Numbered from the stretch's first letter, positions 23,509 to 36,490 are shown. The stretch: 64,000 nt of DNA from Paraspadella gotoi (GCA_051294375.1 CM119270.1:3281436-3345435); one strand, 5' to 3'. Program-made: numbers and translations. Notes: generated by a model from the letters alone, not told the origin.

Positions 23509-26500
23509 TCACACCTCTTCATTGGGATCCATCCTGTCGTTCTCGTCCACAATTCTGCCGAATCGGCAGGCGGTTCCATCGCTCGGACAAGGAACAAAAT
23601 GTCGCGATCTTTTGCCGCAGATGGAAACTCCAGATCGACGTACGTGGTTCTTCGGGCAGACGTCATCGTCAAGAATTTCTAAAAAAAGAAACATATTTGA
23701 ATATTTGATACATGCTTTGAGATTTAAATTAAATGATATAATTATAATCACGTACGTTGACGCATTTTTCGTGCTCGAGACGCATTTATGACTTTGGCAT
23801 CCGCATTCGTCTAAAAACGTATTTAAAAATTACAAAAACAACTAAATAAAATACGAGAACAGCCGAACGAACAGAAATGACATTTTATTGCTTCAGGTTT
23901 TTCAAGACGATCCCCTTGTTTTTTGTTTTTTTTTTTGGTTTCACCCAAACAAAACAAAAAAAAAAACAAAACAAAAGACTCACCGAAGACGAGTCGCTCT
24001 GGTAACACCTTTTGTGCAGATCGAGCGACGCGTGACGCACGCAGCTGCGAGGCCCGTCCCGCCACCCGCGTTCAAAGGGGCAGGGCTTCTTCGAGAACGG
24101 AGTTCGAAACATCGAGACGCGCCCTCGACGGGGGTCGTAGTAATGGCCTGGAGCCCGGACGGAAGCGCTCGGGGGAACGGTAAGCCAGGAGCGGGGAAAC
24201 TGGGAAGATACGAGAAAGGGAGCTTAGTAAGTCATGATCGTCATGTCATCGTCATCGTCATCGTCATCGTCATGTCATCGTCATCACATCATCATCAAGC
24301 CCAAAAATATAATCGAATATTTATCTTTGGGCGAATCTGGGATCCTCTGGAAGCGCAAGCTTCGATCGACCTCTTGGGTACGCATTCTTGTAGATGTCCC
24401 ACAAGCTTTTTATTGAAGGTCACCTTCTGACAGGCATCGTCGCATCCTTGGGTGGGGGGAAGGTGAAGAACGGATTTTATTATTGAAAATTAACTCCAAA
24501 ACTTTTGACCCCTTTAATATCAAAATCTGGGCGAAAAATTATTATTTTCAAACGCAACGAAAAAGAACATAAATTGTTTTTCTCTGAACAATCTATCAGA
24601 GGCAGCCACTTGATAATCCTTCTCTGCGTTGCTATAGTTGTACTAATCTTATATCACTTGCGATTTAAATAAAACTTCAAAATAAAACATAGTATTGTAG
24701 AAGAGAAAGAGGTCAACCAGTCACCAGGCTTTTTCCGGTCTCCCTGAAAACTTACTTCGAACTTAGGCACGTTCCCTTGGTGAGCCTCGGCAGCCTGACT
24801 CCCAAAGCCCGTCTTCAGGTTGCGCGTCTTCTCTTTGACGTAAGAGCGACATCTTGGGTCCCTCGACGCGCAGACTTGATCGGGAGGGCGGGGCGGGCAG
24901 GTGAGACAAGCGTACACTTCACAACCGCAGCAGTCGGTTCCTTCGCCGGGTAGGTGTACCCTAGTGGAGAAGGGTGAAAAAGGTTTTATCTGAGAAAGCG
25001 ATCTCTCTCTCTCTCTTTCTTTCTCTTTCTATTATTCTTCCTGTCTCCTCTCTCACAAAATTTAAACTTACCGTAACCAACTATGGCGTTCCCGTCTTCA
25101 GCTCGCAGATCCAACGGATCCGAAGGCGGGCACAGCCCCATCGCAAAACACTTGTAGCCTCGCAGGCACTCGCAGTGGGGCGCGCTTCTCTCGTACATCG
25201 GGCCTCCATCGTTCGACGAGGCACTGGGCGGTGTGGTCGAGGGGTGGGGGCCGTCCACAGACGACGGAACAGTCTCGGGGAGGCGGGAGTGAGAGAAGCA
25301 AACCTTTGGTCGAAATCTCGGTTTATGGCGGTAAAGCAGGCGCTTCCTTTAGTTTTCTTAAGAGAGGAAGGAGAAAAGATCACAAACTTTTGCTACAACA
25401 ACTTTGTTACTTTTTTTTAAATGCAACGACAATTGAACTAACGCGGAAAGATCACCAAAAGTAAGCGCGTTTGTAAAAATCTCCCATCGTTCTCCGTTGG
25501 CTGGAAAAATGATGCATGGACGATAAATACCAATTATATCCATTCAATGAAACGAATCGAATTAATTATGATTTTTTATTCAACGTTTTTGTTTTTTTTT
25601 TTAAACGCTTTCTATTATACCTTGACCGGAAGCCTTTGAGAGACAAAAAGTAACACACACAACGCGACGTGGCGAAGTATTTTTCTTTCCGATGTTTCCT
25701 CATCCTAGGGCGGGGTTTATGCTTTTTTTTGCACAATAGTGAATTAATCGGCATTGTTTAATGTTTACGGATGAAGATATTTATTGGTCTATCATTTTTC
25801 TACTTTTTCTCACTTATCATTGGTTCTCTAACTCTGCCCTGCACGATAGCCTCGGAGGTGTTATTCAACCATGAACATAAGTGTTTTTCAAACTTGGGCA
25901 AAATTTTTTTTCAACTTGGCAAATTTTTTCAACTTGCATTATGTTTTCAACTTGGCATACTGTTTCAACTTGCATAATTTTTTCAACTGCATAATTTTTT
26001 CAACTTGCATAATTTTTTCAATTTGCATAATTTTTTTTACTTGCATAATTTTTTTCAATTTGCATAATTTTTGGGACTTGCATAATTTTTTCAACTTGCA
26101 TTATTTTTTCAACTTGCTTAATTTTTCAACTTGGCTTAATTTTTTCACATTTGTATAATTTTAACTTGCATAATTTTTTCAACTTTATATTTTTTTAACT
26201 TGAAGCTTTTTTCGATTTTTAACTATCTAGTTTATCAAGTTCCATCTAGTAGGCAGTGAGAAGCTAAAATGTGTTCCATTTTATTTGTTTTTGATATCGA
26301 TCAAATATTTTTTTTTGTTTACTTTTCCATTTAATTATGATTTACTGCATATGCAATTAGATTATAGTACTTTTCATTAATTTTTTTAATAGTAAGGACT
26401 GGCGAATCAATACTTTAAGATTTTTATTAATCAATTCTTCTTTCAGTCGATGTTTGTTAGATTTTTATTCAATCTTTTCTTTCACTCGGATTTCTTATTT

Positions 26501-28274
26501 TTTCTGCACTTAGCAATCTTTTTTATGGGAGTCTCGTTTCAAAAGCGTATTTATCTTTTATTTCAATTTAATTCATGTTTTATTTGCCTATTTATTTCAT
26601 ATTTTTCATTTTATACACGATAATATAATCTCATTCATTTTCAATAATATGCAAATAGTTAGGTTTTCAACTCAATTTTGAACTAGATAACAAAAGTCTT
26701 GTCTTATTTTATTGAAAAAAAAAGTAGAAAGTAATTTATGCTTAATCACACACTAACAAACAATTTTATTCGTATCACGTCTAAATATTGTTTGCCAGAG
26801 TCTCTCTTTGTTCTCTCTCTGTGTTGTCTTTTCTCTCTCTGTGTGTCCTCTCTCCGATTCTCTGTGTGTCCCGATAAAGCGACACTATTTTCAATAATCA
26901 AAGGTCAAAAATTAATCCCTATTAACAAAATATATAGTGAAAAATACTCAGTTAACGACTATGATATTTTTCAATTTAAAATATTTTTTTACTTATCAAA
27001 ATATCTTTATTTCTCATTTAAAATAATTGTAATCTTGATGAATTTTAGATTGTTCTTTTTTTAGGAAGAAACCCAGCACTGAGGTCAAATTCTTATATTT
27101 GCATATCTTAAAATTTATAAATATTCACCATAAAATATATTTTATTAAAAAGATAAAAATGTTAAATATATAGCACTAAATTATTCTTATAATTTAATAA
27201 TAGTACAAATTAATCAAATAAAAAAAAATGTGTTAATTGAACATCCTTTTCTCGCTCCTATTTTAGGTATAATTTGCCAATATGGGCCGACCGGTCAAAG
27301 TTACAGTAATAAAATTAAATACAAACAAAAATTTTTTAGTAATACATGCAATTAAATTTCTTCCGCGCAACTGCCGTTATATATAGCAACATATCGCAGA
27401 AGCTCAATGTGACATTGCATGCATAAGATATATCACTTTTTTCAAACATCACGAAATCTCGGATGTAATTTTGGGATTTTGTATCGAGAATAAATGCAAT
27501 AATAATTTTTTAGAAGAAAAAATAAGTCAGAATTCTTTCAGAAAGAACGATCAGCAAGAATCGTAAAGAGAGAAAGAGACAGAAAGAAGAGAGAGAAGAG
27601 GAGGCATATACTTGAACTCCGCGGACTCCAATTTTGGTCACTATTTGTTTTCCGGCTCCGGCTTTTGTTTCTCCTCCGTCCGCGGCTCAGGTGGAGACCC
27701 TGACCCGAACCTGACCCCGACCCTCTCGCCGCGGCATCCGGCCTTTAATGATCAGAGTCCCGCTATACGACGGAGCTTAAAAGTCGCGATCAAGACTCTT
27801 TTCTTCTCTTTCTTTAATTAAAAAATATAAGAAAGATAAAAATATAGATAGTAAAGAAAATTAACAAAAATAAAAAAGAGAAAGAAAAAATAAAGACGAA
27901 GAAAACAGAAAAAAAACAACTTCAAATTAACAATTAACATTGGCGCTGAAGAATCGTATGTGAGTTCAAAACATCTCTGTTTCATTATGAAATTACATGT
28001 TGTTGTATCTCTTTTTAAAAACACTTTTAAATCAATTCACAACGAAAAATTATAATGTATTCCTCAAAAACAACGAAAAGAAAACACGTAATCCAAAAAA
28101 TTAAGTAAAAACAAAAGAAACCTTACGTCGCGACCAACGATCTCCGGACGTAAGTCCCTATGGATTCGTGATTCTCTCCTGATCAGAGATAATTCGACCC
28201 AAAGTCCCGGACGGCAAAGATTGGCCGGCGACGTGGCCGCATGGTGGACACAGGCTCGGTACCGACATGGCTTC
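23509..28274 (-). CDS. Multi-exon cysteine-rich, probably extracellular protein (vWC/mucin-like Cys spacing); frame-disrupted
   Basis: GC-rich blocks mostly bounded by AG/GT: 28274-28127, 27775-27612, 25346-25072, 24960-24756, 24446-~24327, 24199-23984, 23678-23509. Peptides include HCECLRGYKCFAMGLCPP, GTDCCGCEVYACLTCPP, GCDDACQKV and DDVCPKNH..SICG. Phases do not all join, indicating indels or a pseudogene. Confidence 0.6.
25890..26210. repeat. 18-bp minisatellite (tcaacttgcat-type), copy 1
   Basis: Degenerate ttttcaacttgcataatt units in the same variant order as 33370-33690. Confidence 0.85.
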
Positions 28275-29094
28275 CTGAGAGAGAGAGAGAGAGAAGAAAG
28301 ATAGCTAGACACCTGCAGGCGACTCGTTTACTCGATCGCCAAGTTACGGTGGTGAAAAAAAAGTGACACAAAAAAAAAAAATAGGAGAGAGAGGGGGAGA
28401 GAGAAAAAGAAGTGACCAAAAGACGCTGCGAGGCGAACTGTTAAGTTATTCTTCACCTTTTTCTAAAAATGTTCAGGAAAACTCGATGTAAATTTGGGAT
28501 TTTGTATTGAAAAAAAGCGCCGAATAACTGGCATCATAAAGTCTTTTAGAAGAAAAAAATAATCAGAATTTTTCAAAAAACGAACGATCACCGCAAAGAG
28601 ATCGTAAAGAGAGAAAGAGACAGAAAGAGACAAGAAGAGAGAGAGAGAGAAAAAAGCTGAAACAGACGCTGCAGAAGGACTCGTTTACTCGTCGCAAGTG
28701 ACGTGGTGAAAAAAAAGGGATTAAAAAAAACCAAGGAGAGAGAGAAAGAGAGAGAGAGAGCGAACTCGTTTATCTCTCGCGTAGTATGGTGGTGAAAAAA
28801 ATTTATATTTTTTTTAAGAGAGAGCGAGAGAGAGAGTTTGCCGCCAACGATATGCAATATTAGGTCAACTCTCTTTCTAACATAGTATCCGTTGCGTCGC
28901 ACTCGCTATTAAGATAAAAAAATTTCTAAGTCCCTTCAGGCGAAAGGGGCCTGTTACCTTAGAGAAAAAATAGCCTAAAAAAGAGTCAAGGGCTAGACTC
29001 GCGCTCCGACGAGTTTAATTATCTTTAAAATGAAAAATATAATATACAATATAAATACTTCATTAAAAAATTAAACACGATTAACAAAAACGCA

Positions 29095-31056
29095 CGTATG
29101 GAGGACGCTTGTCACGTGGGTCATGTCTCTGGCCACCCGTGAACCGGTGGTTGTTTAGCCACTGACCTTACCTGAGGACACTGGGCCGCTTTGCTTTAAA
29201 GCGGACAAGCCCGATGGTACAACAACTCGAAATCTCTGTTATCTTTCGTTCAGCCGTTTATTAACTGTTAACTGTTTAATTCTTGTCATTGTTTAAATGT
29301 ACCGGTTAAACCTGTCTCCTTATCTTAATTATCAGTCGCCCATAAATGGTGATGTGCCCGACGAATACGAATTAATCACGCACCTTCGAAATCAACTTTT
29401 TAAAATTCCAACCAATAAACCTCAAACCCCGAAACAACTTCGTCTCCTCAACGATTTTCGCTCCTAACGTTTGTCCTAATGTCCTAAATGTCCCAAAATA
29501 AACTTTTTATCCCGTTCACAGCCCCTTCAATTGAACGTGAAATTGTTTTAACCTACAAACCCAAACCTCCAGCTCGATAAAGAAAATAAAAAAACAATTC
29601 TGTTGTCTATCGAATCTGTTTTTCCTTCTCCAACTTCCCCCCTTATTTTTTCCCAAACTTATGTATATCCAAAATCTAAAAATACGTCTACCATCGATCC
29701 CTTTATTTTCCTTTAAACTTTCCCTTACCCACTTGTTCTGGTTCTTTCTTAAAAAATGGCGACAGTAAACTTTCGCAAAACATCTTTCAAAGAAATCATC
29801 GAGAAATCTTCATCGCCGATCTCGTATCTCAACCGCCGCCCTATGAGGATTCCGCCCCAAAATGACGAGTATGAATTTCTTTGCAAACCCCGCCTTTTGC
29901 TACACCGACACCCTTTCTAAAGAAGTCTCCTCAAGAGGAAATCCTGAGCTGTTCGTCAACAATCAACTGCAAAAGGAGACTGGTTTTCCGACTCCCTGCT
30001 CTCTTACGACTTTATCATTTGGCCCTCCCACTTCGTCTGGCGCAACAAACTATAACAATTGCCCTCAGTCGATATGACGCAAACAGAACTACCTTATTAT
30101 ACTTCTTTGAGACAAGACAATACTGACTTCTTTTGACAACGATGCGAGCGACTTGTTGAATTTTAATGAACAAATCAAACATTGAAACTACAACTGTCAA
30201 TGTCTTCAGCAATGCAAGCCTCCGACAACCACATTATGCCTGCAACAACAATCAAAACACACAACTAGCTATCTCAGCACACACGAAATGGTCAAAGAGG
30301 AATAGATAAGACAACTAAAAGAAATGATGGGCGATTAGCAAGGGCCATACGCGCCTACTTGCAAACTCCGCTATAACAACTGCGACTACGCCATTAACTC
30401 TGCCATCCCCCGGCAATCTGAGGCATCTACTGTGCCACCTGTCAAGTCATAAAGAGTGATGACAAGTCGCTTCTCGGCGCCAAAATCGAATTCTCTTTCT
30501 GCAAAGGTTGTTTCCTTCAACGCCCGCTCTATATTCCGCCTCATAGACGTCGGACGCCTATCTTTCCCAGCCGCACTTGCTTAAGGGCGAACGCACTGCT
30601 CCAAAGCCGCGGCTTCTGCCTTCAAACCCACACCACAGTGATGAATTAAGGTTTTGAGCCCATAGTGGTTATCAACCAAGAAGCTGGTGCGCATCTCGGG
30701 CGCTAACTTCCGCAACGCATGCCAACGACAACGGAAATAATGCCGTCCTCCATCCTTCTTATCATCCACACCAACTGACTAGGAGTGGCTTGGGGGGGGA
30801 TGTATTGAGGACTCTTAGGTCACGTGGTCATGTCTCTGGCCACGTGTACGGTGGTGTTAGAACCACTGCACCTTACGCTGAGGAAACTTGCGCTTTTGGT
30901 TTAAAGCGGACAAGCTCACGATGGTATCACAACTCGAAATCTCTGTATTACTTTCTCGTTCACGTTTATTAATGTTAATGATTTTAATTCCTTGTAATTG
31001 GTATAAATTATCCCGTTTAAACTGTCTCCTTCATCTTAATTATTTCGTCGCCATCA
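29095..31056 (+). mobile_element. Short non-autonomous or internally deleted LTR retrotransposon
   Basis: Direct repeats of ~250 bp at 29095-29344 and 30801-31056, the latter TG...CA. PBS-like tggtgatgtgcccg at 29347. Polypurine tract gggggggga immediately before 30801. Interior has only broken ORFs and no RT motif that I could see. Confidence 0.85.
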
Positions 31057-32318
31057 GCAACGGATTATTAATACAATCTCTAAAAACTGTTTTTTACTTT
31101 AAAAACGCCGTAAGCGTTAAAACCGAACAACTTAATTCTTTCCTGCCGACCGGGCCGTCGCACAAAAAATTAAAACAATTCTGGCCCCGATTCTTTAAGA
31201 TAGAAATGTTGCCGTATAGAACGGACGCAGACTGGTTGCTGGCCGCGGTTACGGACGCAGGACCAGATCAAAAATTAAATTAGTCTGGCCGTGAGTACGG
31301 CGCAGAACGAAAACGAAAAAATCTAAGAAAGCACTAACCTATAGAGTCCCGTTTTTTCGTCAACGTCGTCAGATGAACTTCGGAGAGAACCACTGAACCC
31401 CTGACGAACTGATGAAAAAAACAAATTAAGAAATAAACTAATTAGTACTTTACAAGTGTGCGAAAAATGCAGATTAAAAATCAGCCTAGGTAATTTATAA
31501 TCAGAAGGTACATCATCTTATCATAACACATCGTATATGTTTAGGATGCCTGGACTGAGAAAAATAACTCCGACTGATACAATCGCGTAAATATTACTAC
31601 TTATGTCCACATAAAGAGTAATCATGTGAGATCAACCACCTATTTACAACAGCTTCGTGGTTTGTAAATAAACATCATTAATTAATTAATTAATTATTCT
31701 TTTTTTTTCTATTTCTATTTTTATTAATTAAGTTTAATTTTAACATGAAATGATATACTTATTTTTTTTCCTATTAAATTAATTAATTATTTATATCTAT
31801 TATATTATATTCTTTTTTTTCTATTCTTCTTATTTTATATTTTCTATTTTGTTTGAAGAGGCAGGTGCAAGTGAAAATCTAGTAGGGTGCAGCACAGAAG
31901 AGCATGATGTTCCTTTGTCTTACCAAAAGCCTGCTTTGTAAAGCCCTCTAGTAAGAAATAGGCGTGAAATACAAAGAAGATGTTATGGAACTGTTCTTTG
32001 TTTCGGAAAATGCTTCCTTTTGTTTCGTTGGACATCTGTTTTATTAAGACCAAAACAGGCAAAAAATTTTGCTATTTGTGTAAGCGGATGCAAGTGAAGA
32101 TCTAGTGGTCAGACATAAGAGCAATTTCTATAGAAATAAAGGGAAAATGCTCATAGTAGAAAAAGTAGAGACAAATCTCGTAGTAGGTAGCAAAAGTAAG
32201 GAAGAGGAAAAAAAAAAAAATTGGAAAAAAAACAGGGGGGGAGCGCCAAAATTGTCAAATTTTGGGGTAAGTAAACGCTACAACGGATTTACGATTTAGG
32301 CGATGAGAGAGAGGGGAA

Positions 32319-32379
<61 letters not shown>

Positions 32380-32540
32380 AGAGAGAGGAGTGAGAATAGT
32401 CTTGACAGAAAGATAGAGAAGACAGAGTCTGGCAGCTAGAGATAGTCTAATAGCTTTCGCAAAAGTTAGAAAAAAATCGGTAAGGACTCTTCGTTTTGAT
32501 TGTGTCGTTTCACGTTCCGACCGACTTTTTCCCCCGACAG

Positions 32541-32890
32541 ATGTACGGCTCGAAGTCCATGTGCAGCCTAGAAGGTTTCGTCGTGCGCCACAACTTTCCA
32601 GCCGAAATGGTCTTTCATGTTGGAGGATGAAGAAATCGCTCCGCCGGCCGCAGCAGCAGACGGCCGCTGCGACACNNNNNNNNNNNNNNNNNNNNNNNNN
32701 TGATCGAGCCGCTCGACCGCCTTCGCCACGCTGTCACGCTTCACAGACTTTCACTGCGAAAACCCCGCGATGTACTGCGATCGTAATCCTGGTGACGGCG
32801 CAGGACGTTGGAAGATGGAGAGACGCGGCGAAAGTGGGCGTGGCCGCGCTGTTTTCGGTCCAAGTGGTCACGACCGGAAGGGCGGTGCAG
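32541..32890 (+). CDS. Unidentified exon interrupted by a 25-N gap, probably with indels
   Basis: ttttcccccgacag acceptor, cag|gtaagg donor and GC-rich interior. Product not recognised. Confidence 0.45.
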
Positions 32891-33061
32891 GTAAGGTCAG
32901 GGTCAATGAATCAAGATACGAAAATAATTTTTGGAATTAACCAAGTTACGTACGAAACTAAATTAGATACTAAATTTTTGAGAAATAATTTTAGGTAAGG
33001 AGATTTTTAACCAGTGGCTGCTTAAACTGAACTGTTACTGCGGCAAAAATAATATCTTTTA

Positions 33062-33690
33062 AAATTTGCATCATTTTTTCAACTTGCATCATTTTTTCAA
33101 CTTGCATCATTTTTTCAACTTGCATCATTTTTTCAACTTGCATCATTTTTTCAACTTGCATCATTTTTTCAACTTGCATCATTTTTTCAACTTGCATCAT
33201 TTTTTCAACTTGCATCATTTTTTCAACTTGCATCATTTTTTCAACTTGCATCATTTTTTCAACTTGCATCATTTTTTCAACTTGCATCATTTTTTCAACT
33301 TGCATCATTTTTTCAACTTGCATTATGTTTTCAACTTGCATACTGTTTTCAACTTGCATAATTTTTTCAAACTTGGCAAAATTTTTTTCAACTTGGCAAA
33401 TTTTTTCAACTTGCATTATGTTTTCAACTTGGCATACTGTTTCAACTTGCATAATTTTTTCAAAACTTGCATAATTTTTTCAACTTGCATAATTTTTCAA
33501 TTTGCATAATTTTTTTTTTACTTGCATAATTTTTTTCAATTTGCATAATTTTTTGGACTTGGCATAATTTTTTTCACTTGCATTATTTTTTCAACTTGCT
33601 TAATTTTTCAACTTGGCTTAATTTTTTCATTTGTATAATTTTCAACTTGCATAATTTTTTCTCAACTTTTATATTTTTTTAACTTGAAGC
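33062..33690. repeat. 18-bp minisatellite, copy 2, with a homogeneous 5' block
   Basis: About 14 identical tcaacttgcatcattttt units followed by diverged units. Explains the MQVEKM and HHFFNL ORFs. Confidence 0.92.
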
Positions 33691-33921
33691 ATTTTTTTCG
33701 CGTTGACGACGAACTCCTCGGCGCCGAACCTTGGGTAAGTTGGTGAGAACGTGAATGTGAAGAAGAGGTTGTGATAAGCGATCGTTTTCGAGATTGTTGT
33801 CATTGTTGTGATTGTTTGTTGTTGTTCTTGTTGATTTGACACTGTCTGGCGACTCAAATTGACCTCAGTCATTTGGATGACCTCAGTCACAAAGATGCCG
33901 AATTATTGTGAAGCCTCAGTA

Positions 33922-33955
<34 letters not shown>

Positions 33956-34482
33956 GACTTCTTCTCCTCCTTATATTGTGATGATTGATTCAATGGAATT
34001 TAAAGATAAGAACCGAAAACTACTTTTTATCTTTCTCTTTTAATCGACGTCGAAATTATTATTGTCAACTACATTTTTAACCTCGTTGTATTATTATATG
34101 GTTTTATTATATTATTATGGTTTTCGTAATTGTGGTTTTCGTGTTCTCCTGGATTTAATGTCGTTTTGGTCGGTCATCGTTGTAGTCTGCTGCTGCTGCT
34201 GCTGCTGTTGTAGCGTAAGAGATAGATTCTTAGTAAATGGGTTTAATAGTTTAATTGATTCATAGATGATTTTGTAATATTTTGATAGAATAATTATGAC
34301 ATTGATGATTGATTGTATCTCTATTCCCTTATTTTCATTTCATCATTTATGTCATTTGATCCTTTTATCACATTAAACTGACAGACAGAGAAGAAACGGC
34401 CCGTGGATCTGTGGCCAGCAAGTGTGATCAGGTTAAATCCATACAAAAGTCATACAAAATCAACCAATAGCAACTCCACAAG

Positions 34483-34616
34483 TTAATCAACACTCATCTC
34501 GTCTTCGACCAACCAGTTTTTTTCTGTGATTATCGATTTAGCTTGTATCCAGGATCGATATCCGCTCGAAGAAATAGACTCGTTACGTTGCCCTTCGTCG
34601 CCGACGGGAACGCAAG
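34483..34616 (-). CDS. Secreted EGF-like protein, exon 3 (terminal)
   Basis: ttcag acceptor. Phase 1 gives (S)CVPVGDEGQRNES...EDEMSVD*, continuing the Cys motif of exon 2. Confidence 0.6.
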
Positions 34617-35339
34617 CTGAATTTAATGTTAAATTTTAATTTAAATGGATTGATATTTATTAAATTCGATTTTTTTTTGGTCCCGTCGAGACGCGACTCA
34701 ATATGGATGCTAAGAAAGAGAAATGCGTTACGGAAAAAGGTTTCGTTGTCTAAATTGCGCGTTTTCGAAGCTCGAATGAGGAAGATGTAAAAAGGAATTG
34801 GATGAGAAGTAGGAAGAAGAGGTCGGCTTGACTATACATACCTCAGAGGAACAAAATGAAACCGAGTTAAAAAATTGGTCAAAGATTTATGTTTAAGCGA
34901 AACTTTGAGAGAATTCGATGAATAAAATTGAACGTTATGAAACATCCTTGTTAACAACTGGAAAATTTTTTGTCCTCAACGATTTTGCCACATTTCTACA
35001 TTTTTTCAGGATTTTTACCTTTTTCTTCATCCATGTAGTAGATGCAAAGCTTTTTGAGCGCGTCGTAAGTATCTGAAAATTGATTTTATAAATTGAACAA
35101 GTTAAAGAATTTACGTTAATTTCAACCAACAATTACGACATCACCAATACCTAAAATTCTCTGTGCCATTAATAATTTTATTCTAGCTTAAATTATAACT
35201 GTTACAACAACAACAAAAAATATCTTTTAATGCAATATAGGATCCGCAATGTCGAATTCGCCTTTTCAAATCTGAACTCATCGCATTCCGCAATCTCGTC
35301 AACGTGCTTATTACAACCGTAACAACGTTAACGACTCAC

Positions 35340-35609
35340 ATTTGGATCCCGGCAAATTGGAACATCTGCAACCCTCGCCGACGTCGCTTTCCAACCATCT
35401 CGTTCCCCGCATCCCCGCGCAGATGTGACTCAGACAGTAACAGCCTCCCGTCCACGCGCATCGGACGCCAGATGGAAGGACGATTTCACGACACGCGGCG
35501 GCGGAAAAAGTCACGAAATCCGAGAGATCGCGCGTGGGCTTGAATCGCTGAAGGGATGTGATATGAACCTCTGCGTTGGAGGGAAAAGGAGGGTGAGAGG
35601 CTTGAATCG
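35340..35609 (-). CDS. Secreted EGF-like protein, exon 2
   Basis: ctccag acceptor and gtgagt donor, 270 nt, phase 1-1. ...AAACREIVLPSGVRCAWTGGCYCLSHICAG...EGCRCSNLPGSK. Confidence 0.75.
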
Positions 35610-35735
35610 CTGGAGAAATGCTGGGCGAAAGTCGAAGGTTGGGGAAATAACTTCAGTTTTCATTATACATCATTACATCATTATACAGTTGAAACGTTCT
35701 TGAAATATTATTATATCACTTCAGGAAAGCCAGTT

Positions 35736-35905
35736 ATGAGAACTGTGAGAGAGTCTTGATTGAAAGCTTGCAGGGACCTGCTATGTCATTATCTTGTAAG
35801 AGTAATGGAGGCCTTAAACCACCAAATCCTGTCCAAAGTCAGTGGGCAAGATAGCTTATTTATTTAAAAGAATGGATAATTTTTATATTGGTTGTACCAA
35901 TTTCA
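35736..35905. mobile_element. Partial inverted copy of the 22206-22516 MITE
   Basis: Reverse complement matches 22206-22370, for example gcttgcagggacctgctatgtcattatctt and ggaggccttaaaccaccaaa. Confidence 0.8.
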
Positions 35906-36120
35906 TTATAGAGTTGTATATTTCTACATTAAAGATTAATGGGTCAAAGATTGGAAGGGTTAGAAAGAAGCGTTTAAAAGTAAAAGCGTCCGGCAGGACA
36001 ACAAAAACCCTCTTTTTTTGTGGGGGGGGGGTCACCACTCGTCTCGCTCTGGGCAACCTTTCATTCTCTTGAGTGAAACATGCTTAGACATTCTCCCTGT
36101 CTAGTTTCTTTACCCAGCCC

Positions 36121-36490
36121 TGTCTTCATTCAACCTTGTCTGGCATGTCTCTCCCGTCCATCCCCATGTCCTTCATTCAACCTGTCTGGCATGTCTCTCC
36201 CGTCCATCGCCTGTCCTTCATTCAACCTGTCTGGCATGTCTCTCCCGTCCATCCGCCTGTCCTTCATTCAAACCTGTCGTGGCATGTCTCTCCCGTCCAT
36301 CCGCCTGTCCTTCATTCAACCTTGTCTGGCATGTCTCTCCCGTCCATCCGCCATGTCCTTCATTCAACCTGTCTGGCATGTCTCTTCCCGTCCATCCGCC
36401 TGTCCTTCATTCAACCTGTTGGCATGTCTCTCCCGTCATCGCCATGTCCCTTCATTCAACCTGTCTGGCATGTCTCTCCCGTCCATCCGC
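36121..36490. repeat. ~46-bp minisatellite, 8 copies, spanning an exon/intron junction
   Basis: Unit cttcattcaacctgtctggcatgtctctcccgtccatccgcctgtc. Confidence 0.92.

Noticed and set aside
25072-25346. Programmed frameshifting or selenocysteine readthrough in the Cys-rich gene
   Set aside because: Indel-type errors are evident elsewhere in this part of the assembly, and I saw no slippery-site or SECIS evidence.
32991-33509. Repetitive ORFs (MQVEKM)n and (HHFFNL)n, and a CRISPR-like appearance
   Set aside because: Head-to-tail 18-bp minisatellite with no unique spacers and no splice context; it is open only because the unit length is a multiple of 3.
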